From the IMG/VR virus record IMGVR_UViG_3300027782_000040: a stretch of 64,000 nucleotides of DNA, one strand, 5' to 3'. Below the pieces are notes generated by a model. It was not told the DNA's origin and did not search any database. It was given only the letters and a program-made list of their open reading frames with translations. Made by a program: the position numbers and the translations under genes. Below are positions 21,901 to 31,259 of the stretch, piece after piece (position 1 is the stretch's first letter; every line of letters begins with the position of its first letter). Source of the DNA: a virus.

Positions 21901-22801
21901 TAATTATAAATTAGATTATTTAGCAACAGACCAAAATACAACAGGTGATTACAATTCATTTTTTGAAAACAATGGATACGGTGTACCTGGAACGGTAATG
22001 AATGGGGACATTCTTCAACTAATTTCAATAAATAATGAAGTTGGCATTGAAGAATTTGATTTACAAAATAGAAATTACGCAGCATATAATCCACAAGTGT
22101 TGGATGTTGAACAATATCCTGGATTATTGGATGGAGGACCACTACCAATAAATCTCGTATTAGATGATGGTGAAGGATATAGAGTTAGGGCATGTTTAAA
22201 TGAACCCGGAAGATTGACTGAATCATCACAAAAAGTTCCATTTTACTTGTGGGAAAAAGGTGGTACAGGTTTTGGTTCGAGTGTTAATCAACATTGGGAC
22301 TATACTACACCAATCTCAACTGCAAATGGTAATTTACAACCATTACAAGGTATGACCTATAATTACAAATACAGTGGAGATACGACACACAAATATTTGT
22401 TATTACCAATGACAAAACAATATAGTGGTGATACGTTTACATATACAGGTGTAACATATAATGATGTGTATGCGGATATTGAAACAACAGGAGCAACACA
22501 TACAACTTATAATAATCAAGAAGAAGGATTCACAGTACTCGAAATTGCCACAGGCACATTAGATAATCCATTAACGGGAACACTATGGATTAGAACGGGA
22601 GAAACAAGTAATTGGGCATCAAAGGCATGGACAAACGACCTTGATTTTATGGTAAAACCAACATCAACAAATTACGATGGTACAAAACAAATACTATCAA
22701 CACCATTTCTGTTTTATTTTGGATTAAGACCAGGTAAAACCGCAATAGATAAACTAATAGAAAAATACGGACCAAAAGGTGCGTTCCCGTCTGCTGAATA
22801 A
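18986..22801 (+). CDS. Large baseplate-associated structural protein with an N-terminal beta-sandwich and an internal hydrophobic segment
   Basis: 1271 aa in the baseplate operon; GVPNARVSLF...TNSSGDFMIWGVPLG; S/T/G-rich middle. Confidence 0.65.
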   Translation: MIQKHRISTNIGKDQIVNLELKQDFDFLEVLSLRFTQKDVYSSMCSDYGVVCGRITVNNGLGVPNARVSLFVPQLQIHSNDPVISALYPYTEIGDKDSNNYRYNLLPSRKQHGGHEPTGTFFDQEDILTREEVLEVYETYYSYTVKTNSSGDFMIWGVPLGQQTIHVDVDLSDIGCFSLRPDDFIRQGAGLDQFKTSYAFKASEDLNSLPQIVSFDKTIEVYPFWGNNDFCEIGLTRTDFDLSDKGVRIEPKAILLGSIFSDQGNSTVNKNCTLRDGMGNKCNLITEPATVEILRFTNKKDENNRPILELMETSEDIDDSGSFMISVPMNMEYVYTNEFGENEITNDPNKGVPTSACYRFRVSTKNESLGRVRTVASYLIPNIREYATTESEIDKSYTWSTNWNDYPTGATNNNILFNNVNGSYYPQDYFYRFNYNKIYSVSSFFGSYSEGNLGITQIAPKEEDDCQNNSLTPPINHATQTVTFAILLAIILNTFERISYYTIIAAIQVLIVPFQALYNWHIYIRALKVTLIDYYPFRAGGIIDVDTKVIEPLQRFGTVRLGIAIYPECETCDNLDYINDLPTTTTDPELTFLKVATGTGVTDTSLYATCGVEIFDESSVRIFLSIPTTGTTCASVSPIFTTTGTTITNIIDNPGRYIIKFNDTGEYGNLSVYGYDISGSGTTAYYYDDTTGLSYTGQTLPTGSIGYEIFDSLSFLIGGSNTSGLNSELEGGCQQYVTVYKESIVYGTYCASNASTPYSGLTSANIKLGTVCTTGITVGQVIAGVNSNPCGTCGTHSGFSEFRYGLFTIIPAAAIANWGDNFDAITEYARRKLVAKVFCGGIANYKFIDNWLTGSLYMFPFKAKVRWDNEETLDLNVRRTKYCPDLVYFKAGTVENPDKRFYYRSTYFNGTTFSRSSRESLGHPTTIVDLGPRDEFIKEICVDPQLDPNCSVVRDIGPTSYQNFKEMLGLYINYKLDYLATDQNTTGDYNSFFENNGYGVPGTVMNGDILQLISINNEVGIEEFDLQNRNYAAYNPQVLDVEQYPGLLDGGPLPINLVLDDGEGYRVRACLNEPGRLTESSQKVPFYLWEKGGTGFGSSVNQHWDYTTPISTANGNLQPLQGMTYNYKYSGDTTHKYLLLPMTKQYSGDTFTYTGVTYNDVYADIETTGATHTTYNNQEEGFTVLEIATGTLDNPLTGTLWIRTGETSNWASKAWTNDLDFMVKPTSTNYDGTKQILSTPFLFYFGLRPGKTAIDKLIEKYGPKGAFPSAE

Positions 22802-24582
22802 TGGAAAAGAAACAAATCATATTACCAAGTAAAAAGTTCGCAAAGGCGGATGACCAAGAATTAGAATTAAAACTAAATCTTGATAATAGTGATACACTTA
22901 TGCGAATAGGTGAAAGGGATATAATATTAGATATAGATGAACAATATTATAAAGAACGTAATGAAAGTATAAATTATAAGATATACGGAAAATTAAAAAT
23001 GATTTTTAGAAATTTATATTCCGGTAGTACAGGTTCATATGAACCTTTAACGAAGAGTCTTTATTTAAATGGTGATGGTAGTGATAATAATTTCAATGGA
23101 TTTTTACCATATGATGAATTTGCATTTTTAAGAAGGGACGTTTATAGGGAAGTAAATTTACCAGTAACTGGAAATACAATAGGGACCTTTACACCAAATA
23201 TAGTAAAATCAGGATCAACGGCACACACAACTATAACACCAATATCGGCACCATATCAAAATTGGAATTTATATTTAAGTTATGTGTATAGTGGTGATAG
23301 TAATTTTAATATGGTTTATACGTTAACAGGTGTAACAGGTAGTACGAAAGTTAGTTTTACCGCTAAAGATGGTATACCATTTAGGGTTGTAAATTATAAC
23401 ACATACTATGAATTGACATCACCAGTTGAACATGGAATGAACGAAGGAGAACACGTGGTTTTATCAGGTGGAACGTTAACAGGATTATCAAACCCAACTG
23501 GTTCAACATTTTATATTAATTCAGTTGGTAATGAAACATTTGACTCTGGAAAATATGTTATTAATATTTTAAAGTCACAAATAAAAACAGGAACAACACT
23601 CAATACAATTATGTTAGGTAAAAGATGTAAAGATTTTACCAATATCGTTCCCTCAACATCTAAATATTACGTTCACAAACATAAAACATTAACTAACACA
23701 GGTGGATATATAATGGATTCACTTGGATTTGAAAGTCCAGTGTTTGAAGATGAGAAAAAATTGTTACTTGAAAATAGTGCAGGAATAAATGATGTTGTGG
23801 TTGAAAGAAATAGAATGGAATCTGTTTTATACGATTTTAAAGAACCATTTAAATTAAGCGGATTAACAAATAATTTAGGATTTAGTCCAACAAATGTTTT
23901 TGTTACTGCAATTTTTAGAAATGGAAATGGATATTTTAATTATCCACCAAAGGTTGGATATAAATTTAATTTCCACGATACGTGGATTGATGAACATTTT
24001 AGTGGAACTACGTCAAACGAAACAAGTTTAACAAGTTCTGGATTTACAAAAAGTGGAGTTACATTTTTAAGTGGTCAAACATTACCAATCGGTTCAATAT
24101 TAAATGGTGCCTTTGTTGAGTATAATCCAAAAGAAATGACCGAAAGAATTGTTAGTGAAGCATTTCATAAAATCACAAATCCCACAAATATATTTGACCA
24201 TAATCAAGATATGAATGTAGATGGTTTTAGTGGTGCCACATCTGGAAATACAATGGGATTAATATACCAACCACATTATAGAATTAAATTAAGAGAATTA
24301 TCACCATATACTGAAACGGCAAATACTAATGATATTTTCAACTTACCTGAAAATGCAAAGTATGACCCATATGATAAAGTTTGGAGATGGAGAGATATAT
24401 ATGACCATGGTTATGTTGATTCCGATGGATTCGGAACAGATTTTCCTTTTATGAATGGAAATCATTATGTTAAAGCAAACATTAATTTCTATTTAAGAAA
24501 TGAAAGATATTATAAAAATAAATCAAATGGAATAATGAATTTCATGGATGTAAATAATAAAAATAGTAATTCAGATTGTTAA
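22801..24582 (+). CDS. Structural protein (baseplate region)
   Basis: 593 aa; TAATG-coupled; [ST]GxT-rich. Confidence 0.6.
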   Translation: MEKKQIILPSKKFAKADDQELELKLNLDNSDTLMRIGERDIILDIDEQYYKERNESINYKIYGKLKMIFRNLYSGSTGSYEPLTKSLYLNGDGSDNNFNGFLPYDEFAFLRRDVYREVNLPVTGNTIGTFTPNIVKSGSTAHTTITPISAPYQNWNLYLSYVYSGDSNFNMVYTLTGVTGSTKVSFTAKDGIPFRVVNYNTYYELTSPVEHGMNEGEHVVLSGGTLTGLSNPTGSTFYINSVGNETFDSGKYVINILKSQIKTGTTLNTIMLGKRCKDFTNIVPSTSKYYVHKHKTLTNTGGYIMDSLGFESPVFEDEKKLLLENSAGINDVVVERNRMESVLYDFKEPFKLSGLTNNLGFSPTNVFVTAIFRNGNGYFNYPPKVGYKFNFHDTWIDEHFSGTTSNETSLTSSGFTKSGVTFLSGQTLPIGSILNGAFVEYNPKEMTERIVSEAFHKITNPTNIFDHNQDMNVDGFSGATSGNTMGLIYQPHYRIKLRELSPYTETANTNDIFNLPENAKYDPYDKVWRWRDIYDHGYVDSDGFGTDFPFMNGNHYVKANINFYLRNERYYKNKSNGIMNFMDVNNKNSNSDC

Positions 24583-24583
24583 C

Positions 24584-26395
24584 ATGAAAATATTAAGAAA
24601 AGATACTGATTTAAATATATTATTGAATACTGAAACTGATTTTCAAACAAATCTCGGTTGGGAAGAAAACTTGAAAGAATTTGAAACTGAAATATTAAGT
24701 GATATTATTAACCCAATTGAAAATTATGAAACGGTTAGATATATTCATAAACCATATACGTCTAGTGGAGTAACACAAACCGATATTTGGTTTTATTTTT
24801 ATTTTCAAAGCGGTGGAACATATGTTCAAGATTATACCCCACAAGGTATAAGTTCACAAGAAAATGAACATATGTTAAAACAGGCGACTGAGAGTTTTTT
24901 TAGATTAGAGTTTTTTAAAACACCAGGAACTGTATCAAGTAATATATTAACATGTGAACCACCAACAAGACAAAATAGAAAATTAATATTTGCAAAAAAT
25001 TTGTCATTACCGTTAGGTGAGAAAATGTTTTATAATCCACTTAATGGTTATATACATTTACCTGTTTTTAGAGGATCAAATTATAGTAATAAAGAAAATA
25101 TGTATTTCTTTTGGTTCCAAGATGAAAGTGTTTTAACTGAAACTAATTTAAGTGGTACAACAACAGGTAACACCTTCTTTATGACAGCAAAGTTTTATAA
25201 TGCAAAAGAAGGTACAATTTTAGATTTTACAAATGATTGTTACAGTACGGGTCACACTATTACTGAACAAAATGATATGTACTATCAAGTTGATATTAAT
25301 AAAACAGATTATTCGTATCAAGTTTATTATTACAATGGTGTAGTAAAATGTGAAGAAGTTGGTTTTACAAACAAACCAATAATGTTTTTTGAAAGAGGAG
25401 GTGGAACGGCACCAACTAACATAGTATATCACACATGTTCAAATGTAACACCTACACCGACACCAACTGCAACCCGTGTAGCAACACCAACACCAACTCC
25501 AACTCCAACACAAACTCAAACACCAAGTGGATCATCATCGGGACCAACTTATTATAGTGATGTTGTTGGTCGGAGCGCATCGTCAGTAAGTGATGCTTGT
25601 AGTCAAGTAAGTACAATTGGGGTTACGGGAAGTGGAACCTTATTCTGTAATTCGGCAACATTTACATCTACGGACGGATATTCAATGGGTACTGGAAATT
25701 ATTATTTATCAAACGGTTCAAAATATGTACAAGTATCACATACTATTTATACGAATCTATTTACTGTCATCGGTGGTGGTTGTACAACATGTCCTGGCGT
25801 AACAATATACGATTGGTACACACTTGAAAATTGTTGGGACCAAACTACTGGTTATACAACAGGTCTTACAGTAGGAACATATGCTGTAAATAATAGAGTA
25901 ACAACATTTTTAGATATTGGTACAATATGGAAAGTAATTGCAATTAGCTCAAGTAATCCGGCACCATTAATAAATAAAATATCTGTCGCACCAAGTTTAG
26001 ATTATTTTAGTGCAATACAAAATGGTTGTCCACCAATATTTGAATATTTTTTAAGTGATCCATATACAGGTACCACATTATTCTGTTCATCACCTGGTAA
26101 ATCAACTGGAACATTAATAAAAACGTTTTCACCTACAATATCAGAAATTTTAAATTATCCAGTTTATAATTCAAGTAAAGTTTTATTTGAAGGTGCGGGT
26201 AATGATTATAATTATTTTATTTCCACCTCTGCTGGTGTAAATTCATATACAAACGGTAGCACACCTTTAAGTAACAATAGAATATTAATAAAAATTGACG
26301 GTACAATAACAAACAACGGTGCAGGAACCCCTGGTTACGTTTTAGATGTATATTCAACACCTTGTAGTGGAGGTGGCGGAGGAGGAAACTTATAA
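24584..26395 (+). CDS. Structural protein with a PT linker and a variable Cys-containing C-terminal region
   Basis: 603 aa; [21 protein letters not shown] linker. Confidence 0.6.
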   Translation: MKILRKDTDLNILLNTETDFQTNLGWEENLKEFETEILSDIINPIENYETVRYIHKPYTSSGVTQTDIWFYFYFQSGGTYVQDYTPQGISSQENEHMLKQATESFFRLEFFKTPGTVSSNILTCEPPTRQNRKLIFAKNLSLPLGEKMFYNPLNGYIHLPVFRGSNYSNKENMYFFWFQDESVLTETNLSGTTTGNTFFMTAKFYNAKEGTILDFTNDCYSTGHTITEQNDMYYQVDINKTDYSYQVYYYNGVVKCEEVGFTNKPIMFFERGGGTAPTNIVYHTCSNVTPTPTPTATRVATPTPTPTPTQTQTPSGSSSGPTYYSDVVGRSASSVSDACSQVSTIGVTGSGTLFCNSATFTSTDGYSMGTGNYYLSNGSKYVQVSHTIYTNLFTVIGGGCTTCPGVTIYDWYTLENCWDQTTGYTTGLTVGTYAVNNRVTTFLDIGTIWKVIAISSSNPAPLINKISVAPSLDYFSAIQNGCPPIFEYFLSDPYTGTTLFCSSPGKSTGTLIKTFSPTISEILNYPVYNSSKVLFEGAGNDYNYFISTSAGVNSYTNGSTPLSNNRILIKIDGTITNNGAGTPGYVLDVYSTPCSGGGGGGNL

Positions 26396-26404
26396 AAAAT
26401 AATA

Positions 26405-27280
26405 ATGAAAAGAATTAACCATACCATTAAAAGAAAAAAAATACCTGAAGTGAAATTAGTTTCATTAACAGGTAAGACATGGTACGATTCAAATAATAAC
26501 CCAACACCATGGACGGGTGACACTGAATTTTTAGTTACAGGTTTTACACCCGACACAGGTTATGTTGTTTATAACGTAACCGGTGGAACTGTAGATGGTG
26601 GTTATTATTATAAATGGAATACACCAACAGAAGACACATGGAATTTAATTGTTGGTACAGGTACGACAGAACAAGAAATAGAAACCCATGTTAATAGCCA
26701 AATACATGAAGATTTTCAACTACCATTATTTTTAGAAGCAACGGCTGATGAAATGGGAGATATGGTTGATTTTGATAAAAATATTGGACATAATGAAATT
26801 AGTGCAAACTTCGCATATGAAAGTGTTTGTACTGAAACTGGTAGTACAATAACAATTAACAACACAACAACATATCAATTAGTTAATATAATTTTGGCTA
26901 ATGATACGAATCCAGACGGAACAACGAATGTAACGAGTGTTAGAAGATTGGCTACAGAAATATCCGAACAAAATGTTTTAGACGAATTAGAAGATTTTTT
27001 AGTGGTTGATGGACAAGATTTTTCAATATCGGGATCATCATTTACGGTACATTGGGGAGACGAAACAACATCACCAATTGGAATTAATGGTAGTGTAACA
27101 AAATCATTTGATGTTGCCGAAGAAAAAACAATTAGAATAGTTTTTGAGTCACCATATTTAACAAATCAAGTGGTTAAAGTTGTTAATTGTGGTGAAACTG
27201 CAGTGAGTTACATGAGAATTAATACCGAAAACAATGACCCTATTCAAAGTGAAAATAATAATTACATAAATGTCGATTAG
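26405..27280 (+). CDS. Structural protein with a PKD-like domain
   Basis: 291 aa; FTVHWGD PKD-type motif; C-terminal INTENNDPIQSENNNYI. Confidence 0.55.
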   Translation: MKRINHTIKRKKIPEVKLVSLTGKTWYDSNNNPTPWTGDTEFLVTGFTPDTGYVVYNVTGGTVDGGYYYKWNTPTEDTWNLIVGTGTTEQEIETHVNSQIHEDFQLPLFLEATADEMGDMVDFDKNIGHNEISANFAYESVCTETGSTITINNTTTYQLVNIILANDTNPDGTTNVTSVRRLATEISEQNVLDELEDFLVVDGQDFSISGSSFTVHWGDETTSPIGINGSVTKSFDVAEEKTIRIVFESPYLTNQVVKVVNCGETAVSYMRINTENNDPIQSENNNYINVD

Positions 27281-27318
27281 AATCAAAAACTAATATATTT
27301 ATTAGTTAATCAATAGCT

Positions 27319-29664
27319 ATGGCAGGACTAGATAAAAAAATTAGTGAATTACTCGAATTTTCGGGAGATACCTCAGGTTCATGGTTAATTGTAAATAATA
27401 GTAGTGAAACGGCAACATCTAAAATTAGAAGGGAAGCTTTTCTAAGTGGATTTAGCGGTGGAAGTAATGGTACATCAGGTTCTTCAGGTTCTAATGGAAC
27501 TAGTGGAACAAATGGAACTTCCGGAACAAATGGTACATCGGGAACTAATGGTTCATCTGGAACTAGTGGTTCGTCAGGTTCATCTGGAACTAGTGGTTCA
27601 TCAGGAACTAGTGGTAGTTCAGGTTCTTCAGGAACAAGTGGAAGTTCTGGAACTAGTGGTTCGTCAGGTTCATCTGGAACTAGTGGTTCATCAGGAACTA
27701 GTGGTTCATCAGGAACTAGTGGTTCTAACGGAACAGACGGAACTTCTGGTTCTAATGGTACTGATGGTAGTTCTGGAACAAGTGGATCTAATGGTACAGA
27801 CGGCACATCGGGAAGCAATGGTACGGATGGAACGAGTGGTTCTAATGGTACCGATGGTTCTTCAGGAAGTAACGGTACTAACGGTTCTTCTGGAACATCA
27901 GGAGATTCATTATTTGCCGAAACAGGTTCATATTGGTATACAAAAAATAATATACAAATAGATGGTACGTTAACAGCTAAAGAATATTATGTTACATTAA
28001 TATCTTCTTCAGTAATGTTTGTATCAGGGTCAAATAACTTTGGTAACACATTAGATGACAATCATAATTTTACAGGCTCAGTTAATATATCAGGTTCATT
28101 AACAATAAACGGAACATCATATACCGCGGCAACTTCAGGAACTAGCGGTAGTAATGGAACCGATGGTTCTTCTGGTTCATCAGGTTCATCAGGTTCAAAC
28201 GGTACAGACGGTTCATCAGGTACTAGTGGTAGTAATGGAACAGACGGGTCTTCAGGAACTAGTGGAAGTAATGGTACTGACGGTTCATCAGGTTCCAATG
28301 GTACAGACGGAACTTCAGGTACATCAGGTTCTAATGGTACTGATGGTTCATCAGGTACTAGTGGAAGCAATGGTACAGATGGTTCTTCAGGAACTAGTGG
28401 AAGCAATGGTACAGATGGTTCTTCAGGAACTAGTGGAAGCAATGGTACAGATGGTTCTTCAGGAACTAGTGGTTCTAATGGTACAGACGGAAGTTCAGGT
28501 ACATCAGGTTCTAATGGTACAGATGGTAGTTCTGGTACTAGTGGTTCTAACGGTACAGACGGAAGTTCAGGTTCTTCAGGTAGTAATGGAACAGACGGTT
28601 CTTCAGGTACTAGTGGAAGTAATGGAACAGATGGTAGCTCAGGTTCTTCAGGTTCTAATGGTACTGACGGGTCTTCTGGTTCTTCAGGTTCAAATGGTAC
28701 AGATGGTTCTTCAGGTAGTAATGGTACAGACGGAAGTTCCGGAACATCAGGTTCTAATGGTACCGATGGGTCTTCAGGAACTAGTGGTTCTAATGGTACA
28801 GATGGTTCTTCAGGTACTAGTGGTTCTAATGGTACAGATGGTTCTTCAGGTACTAGTGGAAGCAATGGAACAGATGGGACTAGTGGTTCTAATGGTACAT
28901 CAGGTGATTCATTATTTGTGTCGGGTGCTGGATTTTATTATACAACAAATAATTTACAAATTACAGGTTCAGTAAAAATTAAAGGTACAATTACGGCTGA
29001 AGAATATAATGTTACATTAGTATCTTCTTCTGTTTTATATTCATCAGGATCAACAAAATTTGGTGACACATCTGATGACACACATCAATTTACTGGTTCA
29101 GTATTAGTTGAAGGAAAAGTTAATGCTAGTTCATTAACGGGTTCAATTAATTTTAATAATTTAACAAATGTTCCTTCATTAGTATCGGGTTCATCACAAG
29201 TATCATTCGGTGGTATAACAGGTGTTCCGTCAGGTATTGTATCTAGTTCATTACAAATAAAAAATTATGGAGATTTTGCTACAACCGGTTCAAATACATT
29301 TAAAGGAAATCAAATAATTTCAGGGTCATTAACTGTTACAGGTAGTGTAAGTGCCGCGGCGTATTATGAAGTATCGGATATTAGATATAAAGATATTATT
29401 TCAGTTAATCCAAATGTAGATTTATCAACATTAGATGTGATTCAATTTACACTTAAAGGTGATAGTCAAGTAAGATATGGTTATTCGGCTCAAAGTGTTA
29501 AAGAAGCTTGTTCTGACTTAGTCGTTGGTGATTTACCAATGAGTGTCAATTATAACGATGTCCATACTCTCAAAATACACCAATTGGAAAATAAAATAAA
29601 ACAATTAGAAAATAAATTAGAGTCATTGTATGTCATTATCATGGACAGGGATAACCAAAAATAA
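27319..29664 (+). CDS. Tail fibre with Gly-X-Y repeats and a C-terminal peptidase S74 intramolecular chaperone
   Basis: Two long G-X-Y tracts; C-terminal SDIRYK...GYSAQ...VNY plus coiled coil. Confidence 0.85.
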   Translation: MAGLDKKISELLEFSGDTSGSWLIVNNSSETATSKIRREAFLSGFSGGSNGTSGSSGSNGTSGTNGTSGTNGTSGTNGSSGTSGSSGSSGTSGSSGTSGSSGSSGTSGSSGTSGSSGSSGTSGSSGTSGSSGTSGSNGTDGTSGSNGTDGSSGTSGSNGTDGTSGSNGTDGTSGSNGTDGSSGSNGTNGSSGTSGDSLFAETGSYWYTKNNIQIDGTLTAKEYYVTLISSSVMFVSGSNNFGNTLDDNHNFTGSVNISGSLTINGTSYTAATSGTSGSNGTDGSSGSSGSSGSNGTDGSSGTSGSNGTDGSSGTSGSNGTDGSSGSNGTDGTSGTSGSNGTDGSSGTSGSNGTDGSSGTSGSNGTDGSSGTSGSNGTDGSSGTSGSNGTDGSSGTSGSNGTDGSSGTSGSNGTDGSSGSSGSNGTDGSSGTSGSNGTDGSSGSSGSNGTDGSSGSSGSNGTDGSSGSNGTDGSSGTSGSNGTDGSSGTSGSNGTDGSSGTSGSNGTDGSSGTSGSNGTDGTSGSNGTSGDSLFVSGAGFYYTTNNLQITGSVKIKGTITAEEYNVTLVSSSVLYSSGSTKFGDTSDDTHQFTGSVLVEGKVNASSLTGSINFNNLTNVPSLVSGSSQVSFGGITGVPSGIVSSSLQIKNYGDFATTGSNTFKGNQIISGSLTVTGSVSAAAYYEVSDIRYKDIISVNPNVDLSTLDVIQFTLKGDSQVRYGYSAQSVKEACSDLVVGDLPMSVNYNDVHTLKIHQLENKIKQLENKLESLYVIIMDRDNQK
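27460..27903 (+). repeat. Gly-X-Y coding repeat, block 1 (about 49 triplets)
   Basis: GSN/GTS/GSS/GTD/GTN triplets with synonymous codon variation. Confidence 0.95.
28138..28905 (+). repeat. Gly-X-Y coding repeat, block 2 (about 85 triplets)
   Basis: Mostly the 12-aa unit GTSGSNGTDGSS. Confidence 0.95.
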
Positions 29665-30949
29665 AATATTAACTGATAGTGATATTAATAGAGCCGCTGA
29701 AGATGGTTTTTTAACATCAAAAACAACGATTCCAACAACAGATAAAGGAGTTACAAAAGAACGTGCACTACAATATATTAATATTAACCCCCTACATGTT
29801 TCATATACTGGAAAATCGTCCAATCAATTAATTACTAAAGAAGATATTAAAAAACCTTGTGATGAATGTACATCATATAACATCGTTATTAATCAGAGTG
29901 ATTTAAACGATATATCAGGTAACACCGATAATAAGATTTATTTATATTATTATCCTTGTGGAACTTATAGTGGAGTTACACCATATATAACTTTTTCATA
30001 TCCAGGAACATTTACAGATTATATTTGTGCTCAAAGTTGTGCCGTTACAGAACCATATTTATTTTCAAGTTTTGATGAAGGTAAAATATTAACAGATTCA
30101 AGTTATGTTGAATTAGCAGGAAATTGTGCAACATCAACATTTAGAAGCGTTTCTTGTAGTGGTACCACAGTTTATAATGTTGCATCTGAAGGATTTAATT
30201 ACCCACCTACACAATTTGATTTAGGACAAACTTATGGTAATGTAGATATTACAATTAGTATTAGTGGAAATACAAATTCAAACAACGAAATATTCATCGG
30301 TAATAGAGCTGAGAGTTATGGTACAACATATGCATTCGGTACAGGTAATCAAAGTATATCAGATACAGTAGGTTTTATTAGTAATACAACTAAAACAACA
30401 TTAGACGTTGTGGTTTATTCAACTACAACAGGTAATACATTTACACCATTTAATGTGGTATTTACTGCGTCATGTCCTGCAAGTGATGACACTTGTTCAA
30501 TTGCAACAACAGGTGGTACATATTATAGTGGGACAACAATTAACGTAACAGCAATAGGAAATATTAAATACGAAACAACAACTGGAATGGTATTTAAAAA
30601 CATAACATCAACTGGAACGTACACAATAAACGATTGTATATTAATCAATTCAATATCACCAGGTTATCCACTAATTAGTGTTGCAGCATATAATAATGTT
30701 GTTACGGGAAGTAGTTGTAGTTCGGTTACAGTAGATACGTCAGGTTCAGAATCATCATCAACAGGAACAACAGGAAACTGTAGAACCATAACATTTAATG
30801 CAAATCAAGGATTTAGTGCCACCACATATTGGATAGATTGTGACGGCATTATACGAACAAGATTTGTCGATAGAGGAACCATATTCACAACCACAGGACA
30901 AGATGGTAGTGCGTCGGGATTACCATTAACATATGGGGCATTTTTATAA
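29630..30949 (+). CDS. Putative fibre-tip / receptor-binding accessory protein
   Basis: 439 aa overlapping the end of the fibre gene; Cys/Thr-rich beta-type sequence. Confidence 0.55.
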   Translation: MSLSWTGITKNKILTDSDINRAAEDGFLTSKTTIPTTDKGVTKERALQYININPLHVSYTGKSSNQLITKEDIKKPCDECTSYNIVINQSDLNDISGNTDNKIYLYYYPCGTYSGVTPYITFSYPGTFTDYICAQSCAVTEPYLFSSFDEGKILTDSSYVELAGNCATSTFRSVSCSGTTVYNVASEGFNYPPTQFDLGQTYGNVDITISISGNTNSNNEIFIGNRAESYGTTYAFGTGNQSISDTVGFISNTTKTTLDVVVYSTTTGNTFTPFNVVFTASCPASDDTCSIATTGGTYYSGTTINVTAIGNIKYETTTGMVFKNITSTGTYTINDCILINSISPGYPLISVAAYNNVVTGSSCSSVTVDTSGSESSSTGTTGNCRTITFNANQGFSATTYWIDCDGIIRTRFVDRGTIFTTTGQDGSASGLPLTYGAFL

Positions 30950-30960
30950 AATAAAATAAC

Positions 30961-31257
30961 ATGAGTACAACATATACAACCATACCTATAAAACAAATAA
31001 GTAACAATTTTGGAACTGTTAATAAAGTTATTTGGTTTGATGTTACAAATATTCAAGGTACGTTTGGGGTTAATTTATTTATCACACCAAATCAATCTAC
31101 AGATATGAATATTGTAATATTTAATAAAGGGAGTAATGAAGAAATGTATAGAAAAACATATAATAAATCATCTGATAGTTCAGTTATAACTGATACTGTT
31201 AAATTAAGACATGTTCCTGGTCAAAAATCGGCAACTTACGGAATTAAAAGTTTATAA
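30961..31257 (+). CDS. Hypothetical protein (98 aa)
   Basis: ORF within the fibre cassette. Confidence 0.65.
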   Translation: MSTTYTTIPIKQISNNFGTVNKVIWFDVTNIQGTFGVNLFITPNQSTDMNIVIFNKGSNEEMYRKTYNKSSDSSVITDTVKLRHVPGQKSATYGIKSL

Positions 31258-31259
31258 AA

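Noticed and set aside
27306-28975. Alternative-frame and antisense ORFs (PLVPEEP..., VLMVQMV...)
   Set aside because: Shadows of the Gly-X-Y repeat codons.
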